DNA of 64,000 nt from Minisyncoccota bacterium (GCA_041661005.1 JBAZVG010000001.1:196917-260916); one strand, 5' to 3'; counted from the stretch's first letter, positions 36,856 to 46,591 are shown. The notes: a model not told the origin generated them from the letters alone. A program made the numbers and translations.

Positions 36856-37581
36856 CTAAACATTGTCGTCTTGATTTAGTCCACCCCTTACCTCCGCTAG
36901 CCTCCGCGACAGAGACAGCAATTCGTCTTCCATTCCAAAATATGACCAGTCCTGAATGTAGCGGGTGTAGAACGAGTAAATGCCAGCACTGAATCCGTTC
37001 AATAGCCTATCCGATATCCACTCATTTCCAAACTCAATACGGAAATCATCGAGAATGTCATCATTCTTGAGTCTTAAGAGTTCCGCAGCTTCGCCTTCAA
37101 CTGCGTCTTGGCACAACGCTAAAACCTCTCGACAGCGTTGCCTGATGTCTAACTGGTGCGTCGGAATACGGGTCCAGTTATGGCGTTCGGAGAGGTGGAG
37201 GTCATCTCTAAAGCATCCAAGGAGTGTATCGTTAGTCGCCAATTCTTCCCAGATCTTCCGGGCTCTTGGAGTGACCGTAATTGCGTCGCCTGGACTCAAT
37301 AAAGATGGTGCATACCCTCTGTCAGATTCAATCAAGCGTTCGGCATATAATTCATCGAGCATGTCGCTCATCTGCTCTGGCTTTTTCGCGAAATAGCTAG
37401 CACCAATTGCATTCATGGCATCCAACGTCCATGGCGACCGTGTGCGCTCTTCAACGAATGGTTCCACCAGTCGGCGATGAGAATGCGGCTGCCACAACGG
37501 CAGCAGATGGGGAATCAACCAGCGCTTGCCACCCGGCCATTTGAGCGGTGGCCGGTTCTCCGTTGTGCTCGTAATCGGCAA
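36856..37581 (-). pseudogene. Dam-like methyltransferase N-terminus (37456-37581) fused to an unrelated C-terminal fragment
   Basis: PPLKWPGGKRWL...RRLVEPF stops just before the expected xGG; no DPPY. Confidence 0.72.
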
Positions 37582-37727
37582 GGCTGGAGAGAAGTCACGC
37601 GAGTTGTGACTGACGACAGAAACACGCCTTTGAAATGGGCGTAGATGAGTGCGGCTGCCCGTTCTGCTTTGTGACCATAGGCTCGAACATCGTCCAGTCC
37701 TCTCAGCATTTTAAATGAGAGTGATTA

Positions 37728-37795
37728 CTTGCAATTATCCTTGCTTGCAATGAAAAAAATTGCAAGTTTATAACTTTCTAGGAAAGTGATATAAT
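37728..37795 (+). promoter_or_regulatory. REase promoter region with three TTGCAA boxes and an ACTTTC-TAG-GAAAGT palindrome
   Basis: TTGCAA at 37729, 37745, 37760; TATAAT 37790-37795. Confidence 0.5.
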
Positions 37796-37801
37796 CCCAA
37801 C

Positions 37802-38638
37802 ATGTCTAGTAATTTAATCGGAAAAACAGAAGCTATCAATTTTCTTAATGTATCAGAAAAAGATTTTAAAAATTACCATGAATCTAGTAAAGAAATAGAA
37901 GGTCAAAAAATATCAGGAAGATGGTATTTTGATAAACAAAAATTAGAAGAATGGAAAAAATTAAAGGGAGAAAGAACCATATTTTTAACTATTAGTGAAT
38001 ATGAAAAATGTTTTCAATTTGCAATTAAAATGGTTTATGGAGGACTTTCTCTTAATGGAATAAGAGGACAAAGAACAGAGGTTCAAGCAGCAGACGATGT
38101 TATTTTAGGAATTCTTGCAGAACATGCTGTTAAGAATTTTCTAAAAAATAAATTCTCAATCGAAATAGAATTAGACGAAGAAGTTCACCCAGAACGTATT
38201 ACCCCTCAAGACTTTGATAAAATCAAGGTAAATAATGTTTTCAAAACACCTAAAATAGGTGTGGGTATCAAAGCAAGTAAAATGAAAAACGCCTTTTTGG
38301 TTTTAGGAGGTAATGAAGTAGACCTCAAGGAAAGAAGAAGTGATGTTTATGTATTTGCCAGAGTAGGTTTACCAAGCGACCACTTATTTAGGATTTTACG
38401 AGACCATTCATTCTTTAAACAAGTAAGAGAATTTATGGATAAAGATAAAAAATTTAGAAAAATAGAATTACTAAAACCAATTCCAATATGGATATGTGGT
38501 TTTACATACAAAGAAGAGTTAGAAAAAGTAACTGAAATTCCGGGTCAAGAATTTGCAAATGGGTATAGATATGTTAAGTCTGTAAGTAAACTTCACAACT
38601 CAGACCAAGACTGGAAAAATCTTATAAAAAAACTTTAA
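37802..38638 (+). CDS. Putative type II restriction endonuclease with N-terminal excisionase-like HTH
   Basis: EAINFLNVS..ISGRWYFDKQKLEEW HTH; G.LAE.A...QD...GIK catalytic-like pattern; convergent with C5 MTase. Confidence 0.72.
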   Translation: MSSNLIGKTEAINFLNVSEKDFKNYHESSKEIEGQKISGRWYFDKQKLEEWKKLKGERTIFLTISEYEKCFQFAIKMVYGGLSLNGIRGQRTEVQAADDVILGILAEHAVKNFLKNKFSIEIELDEEVHPERITPQDFDKIKVNNVFKTPKIGVGIKASKMKNAFLVLGGNEVDLKERRSDVYVFARVGLPSDHLFRILRDHSFFKQVREFMDKDKKFRKIELLKPIPIWICGFTYKEELEKVTEIPGQEFANGYRYVKSVSKLHNSDQDWKNLIKKL

Positions 38639-38639
38639 T

Positions 38640-39647
38640 CTAGTATGCCATGGCTAGGGACAACCTAGGTTGTGTAGCTTGTTGCGTTTGTCCATTCAGC
38701 ACCTCCTGAATATTGTTCGCAATTCTACCAATGACAGAAATACTTACGGAATTACCGAATTGTTTATATAAATGTGAATCTGAAATATTTGGTAATTTAT
38801 AGGAATTAGGAAAACCTTGTAGGCGAGCACATTCTCTTGGTGTTAACTTTCGTATACCACGAGAATCCCTTACTAAGGGGACATTATGACCTCCTGTACC
38901 CATATTTGCAGTTAAAGTAGGACATACTCCACTTTTATTATGTCTTATATATTGTCGTCTCCATTGATAGACATCTCCAATTTCAAAATCGTACTTTTTT
39001 AACTTTTCAAACAAAGGTTTGTCGTTATAATAGTATTTCTGATCAATAAATTCTGGCTTTTCCAAAATATCTAAAACAGTTTTATTTCTTTCAATTTTTT
39101 CAGGAAATTCAAAACTATTAATATATCCAGTATCTTTTCTAAAACCAACAATATATATCCGCTCTCTGTTTTGGGGAACATTCCCATAATGCATACTATT
39201 TAATATTTCAGCTTTAACATCATAACCAAGCTCATCCAATGTTTTCAGAATGACACGAAATGTATTTCCATTATCATGATTATAAAGATTTTTTACATTT
39301 TCTAAAAGAAAGCCAATGGGTTTTCTTTCATCAATTATTCTTGCAACATCAAAAAATAAATTACCCCTGTCATCTTTAAATCCATGACGATAACCAGCAA
39401 TAGAAAATGCCTGACATGGGAATCCACCCAATAAAAAATCAAATTGGGGTAAATCACTAATTTTAATTTTTCTTATATCCTCAACAGTTAAAGCTGTATC
39501 TTTAAAATTTAGATCGTAAGTATCTTTGCATTTAGGTTCAAAATCATTAGCAAAGACTGTATTAAAGCCAGCTTTTTCAAAGCCAATTCTTATACCTCCG
39601 ACTCCCGCAAATAAGTCTATTGTTCTATATTTTTTTACATTTGCCAT
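38640..39647 (-). CDS. DNA (cytosine-5) methyltransferase
   Basis: DLFAGVGG, GFPCQAFSIAG, ENV, QNRERIY, R.LTPREC.RLQGFP, YKQFGNSV. Confidence 0.96.
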   Translation of the reverse strand: MANVKKYRTIDLFAGVGGIRIGFEKAGFNTVFANDFEPKCKDTYDLNFKDTALTVEDIRKIKISDLPQFDFLLGGFPCQAFSIAGYRHGFKDDRGNLFFDVARIIDERKPIGFLLENVKNLYNHDNGNTFRVILKTLDELGYDVKAEILNSMHYGNVPQNRERIYIVGFRKDTGYINSFEFPEKIERNKTVLDILEKPEFIDQKYYYNDKPLFEKLKKYDFEIGDVYQWRRQYIRHNKSGVCPTLTANMGTGGHNVPLVRDSRGIRKLTPRECARLQGFPNSYKLPNISDSHLYKQFGNSVSISVIGRIANNIQEVLNGQTQQATQPRLSLAMAY

Positions 39648-39718
39648 TGATTATAATTATAACATTATCCCTTTAAAAAAGCAGCAATCAACTTTTACAG
39701 TTATGTTATAATGCTTTT

Positions 39719-40084
39719 ATGAGTGATGAAGAGAATAGTATAAATAGACTAGGCATTGACCAGACTAGTTTGGGGAAACTAAAACCTGAAGATCTTAATA
39801 ATGCAAAAACTGCTGGAATGGTTTTAAATTACTTAACCTCTCTAGAGTCTGAAAATACTCAACTTAAAACAAAAAATGAAACCTTGAGTACTTATGTGAG
39901 TAGTTATAATAATCAAAAAAATAATTCAAAAATTGCTGCAACTTTATCTTTAATTTCAGTTGTCTCTATTGGTTTTGCAATAAATATTCTTACAAGTGAT
40001 AGTAAAAATTATGGAGGTTATATACTTTTAATCATTGGTATTGTGCTGCAGTTATATAGTACCTATTTAACTTATAAAGAATGA
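39719..40084 (+). CDS. Coiled-coil plus two-TM protein
   Basis: Heptad stretch and two C-terminal hydrophobic segments; ATGA overlap with next gene. Confidence 0.7.
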   Translation: MSDEENSINRLGIDQTSLGKLKPEDLNNAKTAGMVLNYLTSLESENTQLKTKNETLSTYVSSYNNQKNNSKIAATLSLISVVSIGFAINILTSDSKNYGGYILLIIGIVLQLYSTYLTYKE

Positions 40085-40386
40085 GATATATTTTTAATAC
40101 ATCAGGTGAATACGTGGCCTTTATTTCAGGAGATAATTTATTTAATCTGAACTGCGATTGGATTGGTTTTATTTTAAACGGCAATGAAGTTTATTCATCA
40201 AACGATTTATCTTTTATTGGCTATATTAGTGCAGATGATAGAATCTTAGGTAAAAGAAATGATTTACGTAAACTTCGTCCATTACGACCACTTCGTCCAT
40301 TACGACCACTTCGTCCATTACGACCACTTCGCAGACTAAGAATGCTTAGAGTGCCTTATCCATGGTTTGATGTGTTTGAAAAATAA
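40081..40386 (+). CDS. Beta-flower-like small protein with (LRP)n tail
   Basis: Repeated [IL]F/Y..xG.x[IV]G[FY]I beta units followed by Pro/Arg repeats. Confidence 0.7.
   Translation: MRYIFNTSGEYVAFISGDNLFNLNCDWIGFILNGNEVYSSNDLSFIGYISADDRILGKRNDLRKLRPLRPLRPLRPLRPLRPLRRLRMLRVPYPWFDVFEK
40273..40331 (+). repeat. 18-bp perfect tandem repeat, 3 full copies plus 5 bp
   Basis: (CTTCGTCCATTACGACCA)x3 + CTTCG. Confidence 0.95.
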
Positions 40387-40476
40387 TATATTACGGTTCC
40401 CACGTCGCACCAAACACCAAGCCAGCAAAAATTTTTATAAAATTTTATGTAACAATTCTATTTCTAAAACGTCTAT

Positions 40477-40962
40477 ATGATTATGAAAAACAATTTAAAA
40501 ATAATTATGGTAGTACTCGTTTTAACTATTGTTGGTATTTTTATCTATTATTACAAAACAAAACCTACACCTATCAATGAAGAAGTTCCAATAGTAACAG
40601 AAGACTCAATAAAAGGTTGCTATGTGGCCAAACTTGCGAAGGATATTTATACTCTCACTATTTCGTCTCAAAGTGGTGAATCCTTTGAGGGTAAACTTTC
40701 GTTTAAGAATTTTGAAAAAGACAGCTCAAGCGGTACATACAAAGGCACATATAAAGATGGAATTCTTTTAGGAAACTATTCTTTCCAATCCGAAGGAATG
40801 TTTTCTGTTATGCAGGTGATATTTAAAAAGTCGGGAAATGGTTTTGTTCGAGGATACGGAGATACGATTCAAGGAGGAACTCGTTTTGTTGACATAAACA
40901 AGATTACCTATGATTTATCTTATGTGTTCGAAACATCCACAGAGTGTATAATTACTAATTAA
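40477..40962 (+). CDS. Membrane-anchored exported beta-rich protein
   Basis: N-terminal TM; GCY...GKL...EKDSSSG...YSFQSEG. Confidence 0.75.
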   Translation: MIMKNNLKIIMVVLVLTIVGIFIYYYKTKPTPINEEVPIVTEDSIKGCYVAKLAKDIYTLTISSQSGESFEGKLSFKNFEKDSSSGTYKGTYKDGILLGNYSFQSEGMFSVMQVIFKKSGNGFVRGYGDTIQGGTRFVDINKITYDLSYVFETSTECIITN

Positions 40963-40969
40963 TTAAATT

Positions 40970-41590
40970 ATGAAAAACAAAACACAAATATTTTATATGC
41001 ATGGCGGAATGACCTTTAAAAATAGAAAGGATTATTTGTCTTATCTAAAAAACAAGAAAATTTCGACTGAAAAGAAAATAAGGTGGAGTGATGATTATTT
41101 AGATAAAGAATTAGGTAAAAATTTTGAAATCATTAGGCCGAGAATGCCTTTACAGGAAGATGCCAAGTATGAAGATTGGAAAATATTTTTTGAAAGATAC
41201 TTTCCTTTTTTAAGAAATAATCTAATTTTGATTGGTGCTTCTTTGGGTGGAATTTTTTTAGCAAAATATTTATCTGAACATAAATTCCCAAAAAAGATAT
41301 TATCGACATATTTAATTTGTCCGCCTTTTGACGATACAGTTATGGGAGAGGATTTAGTTGGGGGATTTAAACTTAAATCTAACTTATCTTTACTTGAGAA
41401 AAATGCAGGGAATCTTTATTTATTATTTTCTAAAGACGATGATATTGTTCCTGTGTCTCATGCTAAAAAATATGAAGGAAAATTAAAAAACGCAAAAATA
41501 ATAATCTATAAAAGTAAAAACGGACACTTTAAAATATCTAAGTTTCCAGAAGTTGTGAAGATGATAAAAAGTGATTTTAAGAAAATGTGA
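40970..41590 (+). CDS. YdeN/RBBP9-like alpha/beta hydrolase
   Basis: HGG, GASLGG nucleophile elbow, SKDD.IVP, GHF. Confidence 0.85.
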   Translation: MKNKTQIFYMHGGMTFKNRKDYLSYLKNKKISTEKKIRWSDDYLDKELGKNFEIIRPRMPLQEDAKYEDWKIFFERYFPFLRNNLILIGASLGGIFLAKYLSEHKFPKKILSTYLICPPFDDTVMGEDLVGGFKLKSNLSLLEKNAGNLYLLFSKDDDIVPVSHAKKYEGKLKNAKIIIYKSKNGHFKISKFPEVVKMIKSDFKKM

Positions 41591-41682
41591 TTGCGTGAAT
41601 TATCAAGACGTCAAAATTTAAATAAAAAATGAAGAGGGCGCCCCGTAGTGACGAGGCGCCTCTTGTAATTTGGGCGGTGGGA

Positions 41683-41820
41683 TTATGCCCAGATGAACCT
41701 CCTTTTGCGGAAGGTCGCAAAAATTCTTCTCAGAGGCTGTTTTCTGAAGTGATCCAGCCTGAGTTGCCGGACCGTGTTATCTTCACGATTTGCAATCTGA
41801 TGGTTCTGATTACTTTTCAT
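41683..41820 (-). CDS. Candidate 45-aa basic small protein with own promoter and terminator (absent from ORF track)
   Basis: MKSNQNHQ...RRIFATFRKRRFIWA; minus-strand TTGCTT..TATAAT upstream; AAGAGGGCGCC/GGCGCCTCTT hairpin downstream. Confidence 0.45.
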   Translation of the reverse strand: MKSNQNHQIANREDNTVRQLRLDHFRKQPLRRIFATFRKRRFIWA

Positions 41821-41973
41821 GCTATCTATACTTGGGTTGTTGTGGTTTTCTGACTGTAACCGTCTTCACAAGAAGAGCGATTCAAACAAATTATATAATT
41901 TTATTAGAAAAAAGCAAGGTACTACTAAATCTCTAGAAATACACTCAGCTTGAAAGTCTGCTATAATGGAAAT

Positions 41974-42270
41974 ATGAAAAAACCATTTTATTTTGCGGGG
42001 GTGGCAGTGGCATATATTGTGTTGATAGTTTCGGGTATCAATTTTATGGGCAACATTATGCAAAATCAAGAGGAAACAATATTCATCCCGATGGCTATGT
42101 TAAGTCTGTTTGTATTATCAGCCGCAATTATGGGATTTTTATTTTTATCTGAACCTCTACAGCTACTTATAGAAAATCGAAGGCAAGAAGCTGTCGTTTT
42201 CTTTGCTAAAATTGTGGGGATTTTTGCTTGTTTTGTGGCTATTTTTACAATTTTACTTTTTTTGTTTTAA
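41974..42270 (+). CDS. Small three-TM membrane protein
   Basis: Hydrophobic ORF; TATAAT 6 nt before ATG. Confidence 0.75.
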   Translation: MKKPFYFAGVAVAYIVLIVSGINFMGNIMQNQEETIFIPMAMLSLFVLSAAIMGFLFLSEPLQLLIENRRQEAVVFFAKIVGIFACFVAIFTILLFLF

Positions 42271-42293
42271 TTTCATTTTGATAGAATCATTTC

Positions 42294-42968
42294 ATGAGTA
42301 TGGATATCAAAATCACAAGTGAGGTTGAGATGGTGGCGGGATTCATTGCAAATAAAATTATAAATCAAATCGATCTAGGTAAAAAAGTTTTGTTTTTTGC
42401 GTCGGGTGGTTCAGCTATCGCTGTGACATCCGAGATGGCAAAAATTATTAAGCAACATTCGCATCAAAATTTAACTGTCATACTTGCTGACGAACGTTTT
42501 GGATCAATTGGTCATAAAGATTCAAATTGGCAACAACTTTTGGATAAAGGTTTTGATTTGCCACAGGCGAAACTTATACCCATAATAACCGGAAAAGATA
42601 TTATCGAGACAACACAAGAATTCAACGTTACGCTTGAAAAAGAATTGAAAAAGGCAGATTATAAGATTGGCTTGTTCGGGGTAGGTAAAGATGGACATAC
42701 AGCAGGTATATTGCGGAACAGTGAGGCTGTAAAGAGCCAAAATTGGGCTTGTAGCCATGTTGTGCCACCATTTGAACGTGTCACCATAACAACCAAAACA
42801 ATACTGAAATTAGACGAAGCAGTGCTTTGGGCGCAAGGTAATGAAAAATGGAAAATTATAGAAGAGCTACGTGATGATGATATCGATATAAATACACAGC
42901 CAGCGCAAATTTTGAAAAAGGTTCCAATATTAACAATATTTACAGATTATCCCGGTAGTAGAGTATAG
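42294..42968 (+). CDS. pgl: 6-phosphogluconolactonase
   Basis: SGGS, ADER, DSN, G.G.DGHTA; clustered with gnd and zwf. Confidence 0.85.
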   Translation: MSMDIKITSEVEMVAGFIANKIINQIDLGKKVLFFASGGSAIAVTSEMAKIIKQHSHQNLTVILADERFGSIGHKDSNWQQLLDKGFDLPQAKLIPIITGKDIIETTQEFNVTLEKELKKADYKIGLFGVGKDGHTAGILRNSEAVKSQNWACSHVVPPFERVTITTKTILKLDEAVLWAQGNEKWKIIEELRDDDIDINTQPAQILKKVPILTIFTDYPGSRV

Positions 42969-42999
42969 CTCGCTACGGGACAGGTAAAAAATAAAAATT

Positions 43000-43908
43000 A
43001 TGAAAATAGCAATCACTGGTTTAGGAAGAATGGGGAAGCAAATTGCAAAAAAGCTTCATGAAGATGGATTTGAAGTTATCGTTCACAACAGAAGTCAAAG
43101 TTCCATTGAAGAAATGAAATTATTGGGAATGACTCCGGCTTACACAAAAGAGGAAGTGGTAAATTTATTTAAAAAAGAACGTGTCATCATTTGGATGATG
43201 GTTCCATCGGATGCAGTAGATCAAGAATTAAATGAGTGGCTTAAAATTATTCCCAAAAACAGTATTTTGATTGATGGAGGAAATTCAGATTTTCGTCTTA
43301 CAAAAAAAAGGGCTTTGAGGGTTTTGAAAATGGGTTCTACTTTGCTCGATGTTGGGACTAGTGGGGGAATCTGGGGTTATAAAAATGGATTTTCGATGAT
43401 GGTGGGTGGAGACAAAGAATCATTTAAAAAAATAGAGCCTATCTTGAAAACATTAGCCAAGCCAGAAGGCGCGTATTTTCATTTTGGAGAAAGTGGCGCC
43501 GGGCATTATGTAAAAATGACACATAATGCTATCGAATACGGCATGATGGAGTCTTTAGCAGAAGGGTATAGATTATTAAAAGAAGGGCCATATAAAAAGA
43601 TAAATTTAGCGGAAGCTGGAGATGTTTGGCAACATCATAGTGTCGTTACTTCGTGGCTCAATGAGCTGACACGTGATGCATTAAAAGAAAATCCGGAATT
43701 AAAAGGGATAGAAGGATTCGTAGCAGAGAGTGGCGAGGCGCGCTGGGCGTTAGAGACTGCAAGGAAATTAAAAATAGAAACGCCTTCAATCAGCGCGGCG
43801 TTTGGTGTGCGAGTCGCTTCTCAAAAAGGTAAGGTTAATTTTACCACAAAACTTCTAGCTGCTATGCGCAATTCTTTTGGCGGGCACAATATAAATAAAA
43901 ATAAATGA
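43000..43908 (+). CDS. gnd: 6-phosphogluconate dehydrogenase (short-chain type)
   Basis: GLGRMG, IDGGNS, GTSGG, GAGHYVKMTHNAIEYG, MRNSFGGH. Confidence 0.94.
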   Translation: MKIAITGLGRMGKQIAKKLHEDGFEVIVHNRSQSSIEEMKLLGMTPAYTKEEVVNLFKKERVIIWMMVPSDAVDQELNEWLKIIPKNSILIDGGNSDFRLTKKRALRVLKMGSTLLDVGTSGGIWGYKNGFSMMVGGDKESFKKIEPILKTLAKPEGAYFHFGESGAGHYVKMTHNAIEYGMMESLAEGYRLLKEGPYKKINLAEAGDVWQHHSVVTSWLNELTRDALKENPELKGIEGFVAESGEARWALETARKLKIETPSISAAFGVRVASQKGKVNFTTKLLAAMRNSFGGHNINKNK

Positions 43909-44945
43909 GAAAAAGTGAAGCAACTTATATAATTTTCGGAGCCTCCGGAGATTTATCCAGACGTTATTTAATGCCAGCTATCAAGCAGGTAAAGGCTTTG
44001 AACCATGAAGGCGCTGTCGTTCATGTTTCTCGTAAAGATTACAGAAATTTAAAAAATTTAATTACCGGGAAGGGAGAGAAAATATTCCATTTAGCCATTC
44101 CGCCAGAGGCGGTATCGGGTGTTATCGAAATAATCAGCAACAACTTTGGTAAGGACGATATAAAAATAATGCTTGAAAAACCTTTCGGTAAAGATTTAAA
44201 ATCTGCGCAGAGTTTGGTAGAAAGTATTGATAGATATTTCCTTGAAGATCAGATTTATAGAGTGGATCATTATTTAGCGAAAAGATCGATGCAAAAAGTA
44301 ATAGAGGAAAAATGGAGAAAAGAAAATATTGCCAATATTGAAATAATCGCTAGTGAAAAAATAGATATAGAGGGACGGGCTAATTTTTATGAGCAGACTG
44401 GGGCGTTAAAAGATTTTGTGCAAAGCCATCTTCTTGAAATGCTCTCGGTGGTTCTCTCTGGAAGTTTCGAAACCGTCCGCCGTTATAACGCATTAAAAAA
44501 TTTAGAGGTTGTCTGCGATGTTACGAGTCACGAATGTGTAAAAAGGGGTCAATATGAGGGGTATCGTGACGAAGTAAGTAATATGACCAGCATGACGGAA
44601 ACTTTTGTTTCAATTAATCTAGTATCAAATGATCCAGTTTGGCGCGGAGTGTCCATGACTCTTTCGACCGGTAAAGCCATGAGTGAGAAATTGACGCAAA
44701 TAAAAATTAAATATAGAGACGGTAGCAAGAAAATTTTTAATATTGAACATGAACCAGATGCTTATGAGAGAGTTATCTCTGCCGCAATATTAAGGAATCA
44801 TGATTTATTTATATCAAGCGGGGAAGTATTAGAAACTTGGAGAATTTTAGACGCCATACAGAAAACTTGGGAAAAACATCAGGATGATCTAATAATTTAC
44901 AAAAAGGGTAGCGCGATCGATGAAGTGATAAATGCTCACATTTAG
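43905..44945 (+). CDS. zwf: Glucose-6-phosphate dehydrogenase (compact, 346 aa)
   Basis: FGASGDL, EKPFG.DL.SA, YRVDHYLAK, GALKDFVQSHL, GQY.GY. Confidence 0.88.
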   Translation: MRKSEATYIIFGASGDLSRRYLMPAIKQVKALNHEGAVVHVSRKDYRNLKNLITGKGEKIFHLAIPPEAVSGVIEIISNNFGKDDIKIMLEKPFGKDLKSAQSLVESIDRYFLEDQIYRVDHYLAKRSMQKVIEEKWRKENIANIEIIASEKIDIEGRANFYEQTGALKDFVQSHLLEMLSVVLSGSFETVRRYNALKNLEVVCDVTSHECVKRGQYEGYRDEVSNMTSMTETFVSINLVSNDPVWRGVSMTLSTGKAMSEKLTQIKIKYRDGSKKIFNIEHEPDAYERVISAAILRNHDLFISSGEVLETWRILDAIQKTWEKHQDDLIIYKKGSAIDEVINAHI

Positions 44946-44960
44946 TGCTACAATATAGGA

Positions 44961-46049
44961 ATGTTTTTTACTGAGCCTATCCGTAATTTCTATAGTCGGT
45001 TTGAACGGCCAATTTCTTCCCTTTCTCTAATTTTGGGATTTATTTTTGATGTATTCACTTTAAAACGCGTAGATGCGTTTTGGGAAAATGCTTGGATTTT
45101 TGGTTACCTTGTAATAATTGGAATTTTTATAACACTCATTCATATCAAAGAAAACGAAATCGGTGGCGAGAGAAATCCCGGTAAGGCTCATTTTTGGTAT
45201 GTAAACATACTACAATTTTCCTTTGGTGGAGTTTTTTCCGCTTTTTTGATTCTATATTTTAGGAGCGCGGACATAATGGTAGCATGGCCATTTATCGCTC
45301 TTTTAGCTGCTATTTTTATTGCTAATGAATTTTTTAAAAAGCATTATATTAGGCTCAGTTTTCAGATAAGCTTCTTTTTCCTTTCAATTTATTGGTTTGC
45401 AATTTTCTTAGTGCCGGTTTTGCTTCACAAGATCAATGCGTGGATATTTTTGCTTTCCGGGCTGATCAGTCTCGTGGCGATTTCATTTTATGTTACAGTT
45501 TTATTTTATTTTACCAAGGGAAAGTTTATAAAAAGTAAAGAATTGATTGTATTACTGATCTCGAGTATTTTTATTTTAGTCAATGTGTTATATTTCACAA
45601 ACTTAATTCCGCCGATTCCACTTTCGCTCAAAGATGGTGGTATTTATCATTCTGTGCAAAAAAACAAAGAAGGAAATTACAAAGTTACCTATGAAGACTA
45701 TGGCTGGATGGGATATTTTAAATTATACCCAGATTTTAAAAAGAAAAATGGAGAACCTGTGTATGTTTTTAGCGCTATTTTTTCTCCCAAAAATCTAAAT
45801 ACTGTTATTGTCCACGAATGGCAGCATTATGATGAAATGGAGAGCAGGTGGACGACAGAGAGCATGATAAAGTTGCCTGTAATCGGCGGGCGAGATGGAG
45901 GTTTCAGGACATATTCAATGAGAACAAATGTAGCACTCGGAAAATGGCGGGTAAATGTAAAGACCGAATCCGGCCAAATCATTGGACGTCAGCGTTTCAA
46001 CATCGTGCTGGTGGATACAGATCCGACACTCACGACTGCGGTAAAATAG
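44961..46049 (+). CDS. Multi-TM protein with C-terminal DUF2914-like domain
   Basis: About 7 TM, IPPIPLSL, GGRDGGFRTYS, G.WRV.V. Confidence 0.75.
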   Translation: MFFTEPIRNFYSRFERPISSLSLILGFIFDVFTLKRVDAFWENAWIFGYLVIIGIFITLIHIKENEIGGERNPGKAHFWYVNILQFSFGGVFSAFLILYFRSADIMVAWPFIALLAAIFIANEFFKKHYIRLSFQISFFFLSIYWFAIFLVPVLLHKINAWIFLLSGLISLVAISFYVTVLFYFTKGKFIKSKELIVLLISSIFILVNVLYFTNLIPPIPLSLKDGGIYHSVQKNKEGNYKVTYEDYGWMGYFKLYPDFKKKNGEPVYVFSAIFSPKNLNTVIVHEWQHYDEMESRWTTESMIKLPVIGGRDGGFRTYSMRTNVALGKWRVNVKTESGQIIGRQRFNIVLVDTDPTLTTAVK

Positions 46050-46578
46050 AAAGGAGCTTTTCTAAACCTTGTTCATCAAAAAGAATTGTCTTTAGGTTTG
46101 GATATTTTTTAAAATCCAGATTCGCAAAATGTTTCGCTTTATCGTCAACAAAGATTACCTGCTCATCTTTATGTTTAGCGCATATTTTCTCTATTGCTTC
46201 TTTCTTACTATCTGACACTACAGTAATTTTTGAAAAAAGTGTCTCTATACGGGCTCTCTTTATTTTATCTGATTGAAATTCTCTATCGCCAAAACTTACG
46301 ATATAGCAATTCTCCCGTCCCAGTTTTTTTATTATTTTGAGTAAATCCTGGTTTATAAATTCTTCGCTATTTTTAAGTATTTTTTCATACCAATTCAAAT
46401 TTACAGAAAATTTATTTAGCAATTCTTTCAATGAAAAACCTTTTCCTTGCAGATTTTCTACATATTCTTCTACCGCTACGCGAGAAATACCAGCTTTTTC
46501 CAGAGAAGAACGCAAATGCTCTTTAAATCGCGGAGTGCTATGAAACAACACATCATCAAAATCAAAAATAAATTTCAT
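46030..46578 (-). CDS. HAD-superfamily hydrolase
   Basis: FIFDFDDVL, FVDDK. Confidence 0.8.
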   Translation of the reverse strand: MKFIFDFDDVLFHSTPRFKEHLRSSLEKAGISRVAVEEYVENLQGKGFSLKELLNKFSVNLNWYEKILKNSEEFINQDLLKIIKKLGRENCYIVSFGDREFQSDKIKRARIETLFSKITVVSDSKKEAIEKICAKHKDEQVIFVDDKAKHFANLDFKKYPNLKTILFDEQGLEKLLSILPQS

Positions 46579-46591
46579 ATTACGTAATATA

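Larger units (their letters stand above)
30767..40427. mobile_element. Genomic island at tRNA-Gln: GC-rich mosaic (to ~37710) plus AT-rich R-M block; right end tentative
   Basis: Abrupt GC rise after tRNA, recombinase, gene fragments; CCAAGCCAGCA at 40417-40427 resembles tRNA end CCAAGTCCCCCAGCA. Confidence 0.75.

Noticed and set aside
40273-40331. Possible CRISPR array
   Set aside because: Contiguous 18-bp coding tandem repeat with no spacers and no cas genes; no CRISPR array was seen anywhere in the window.
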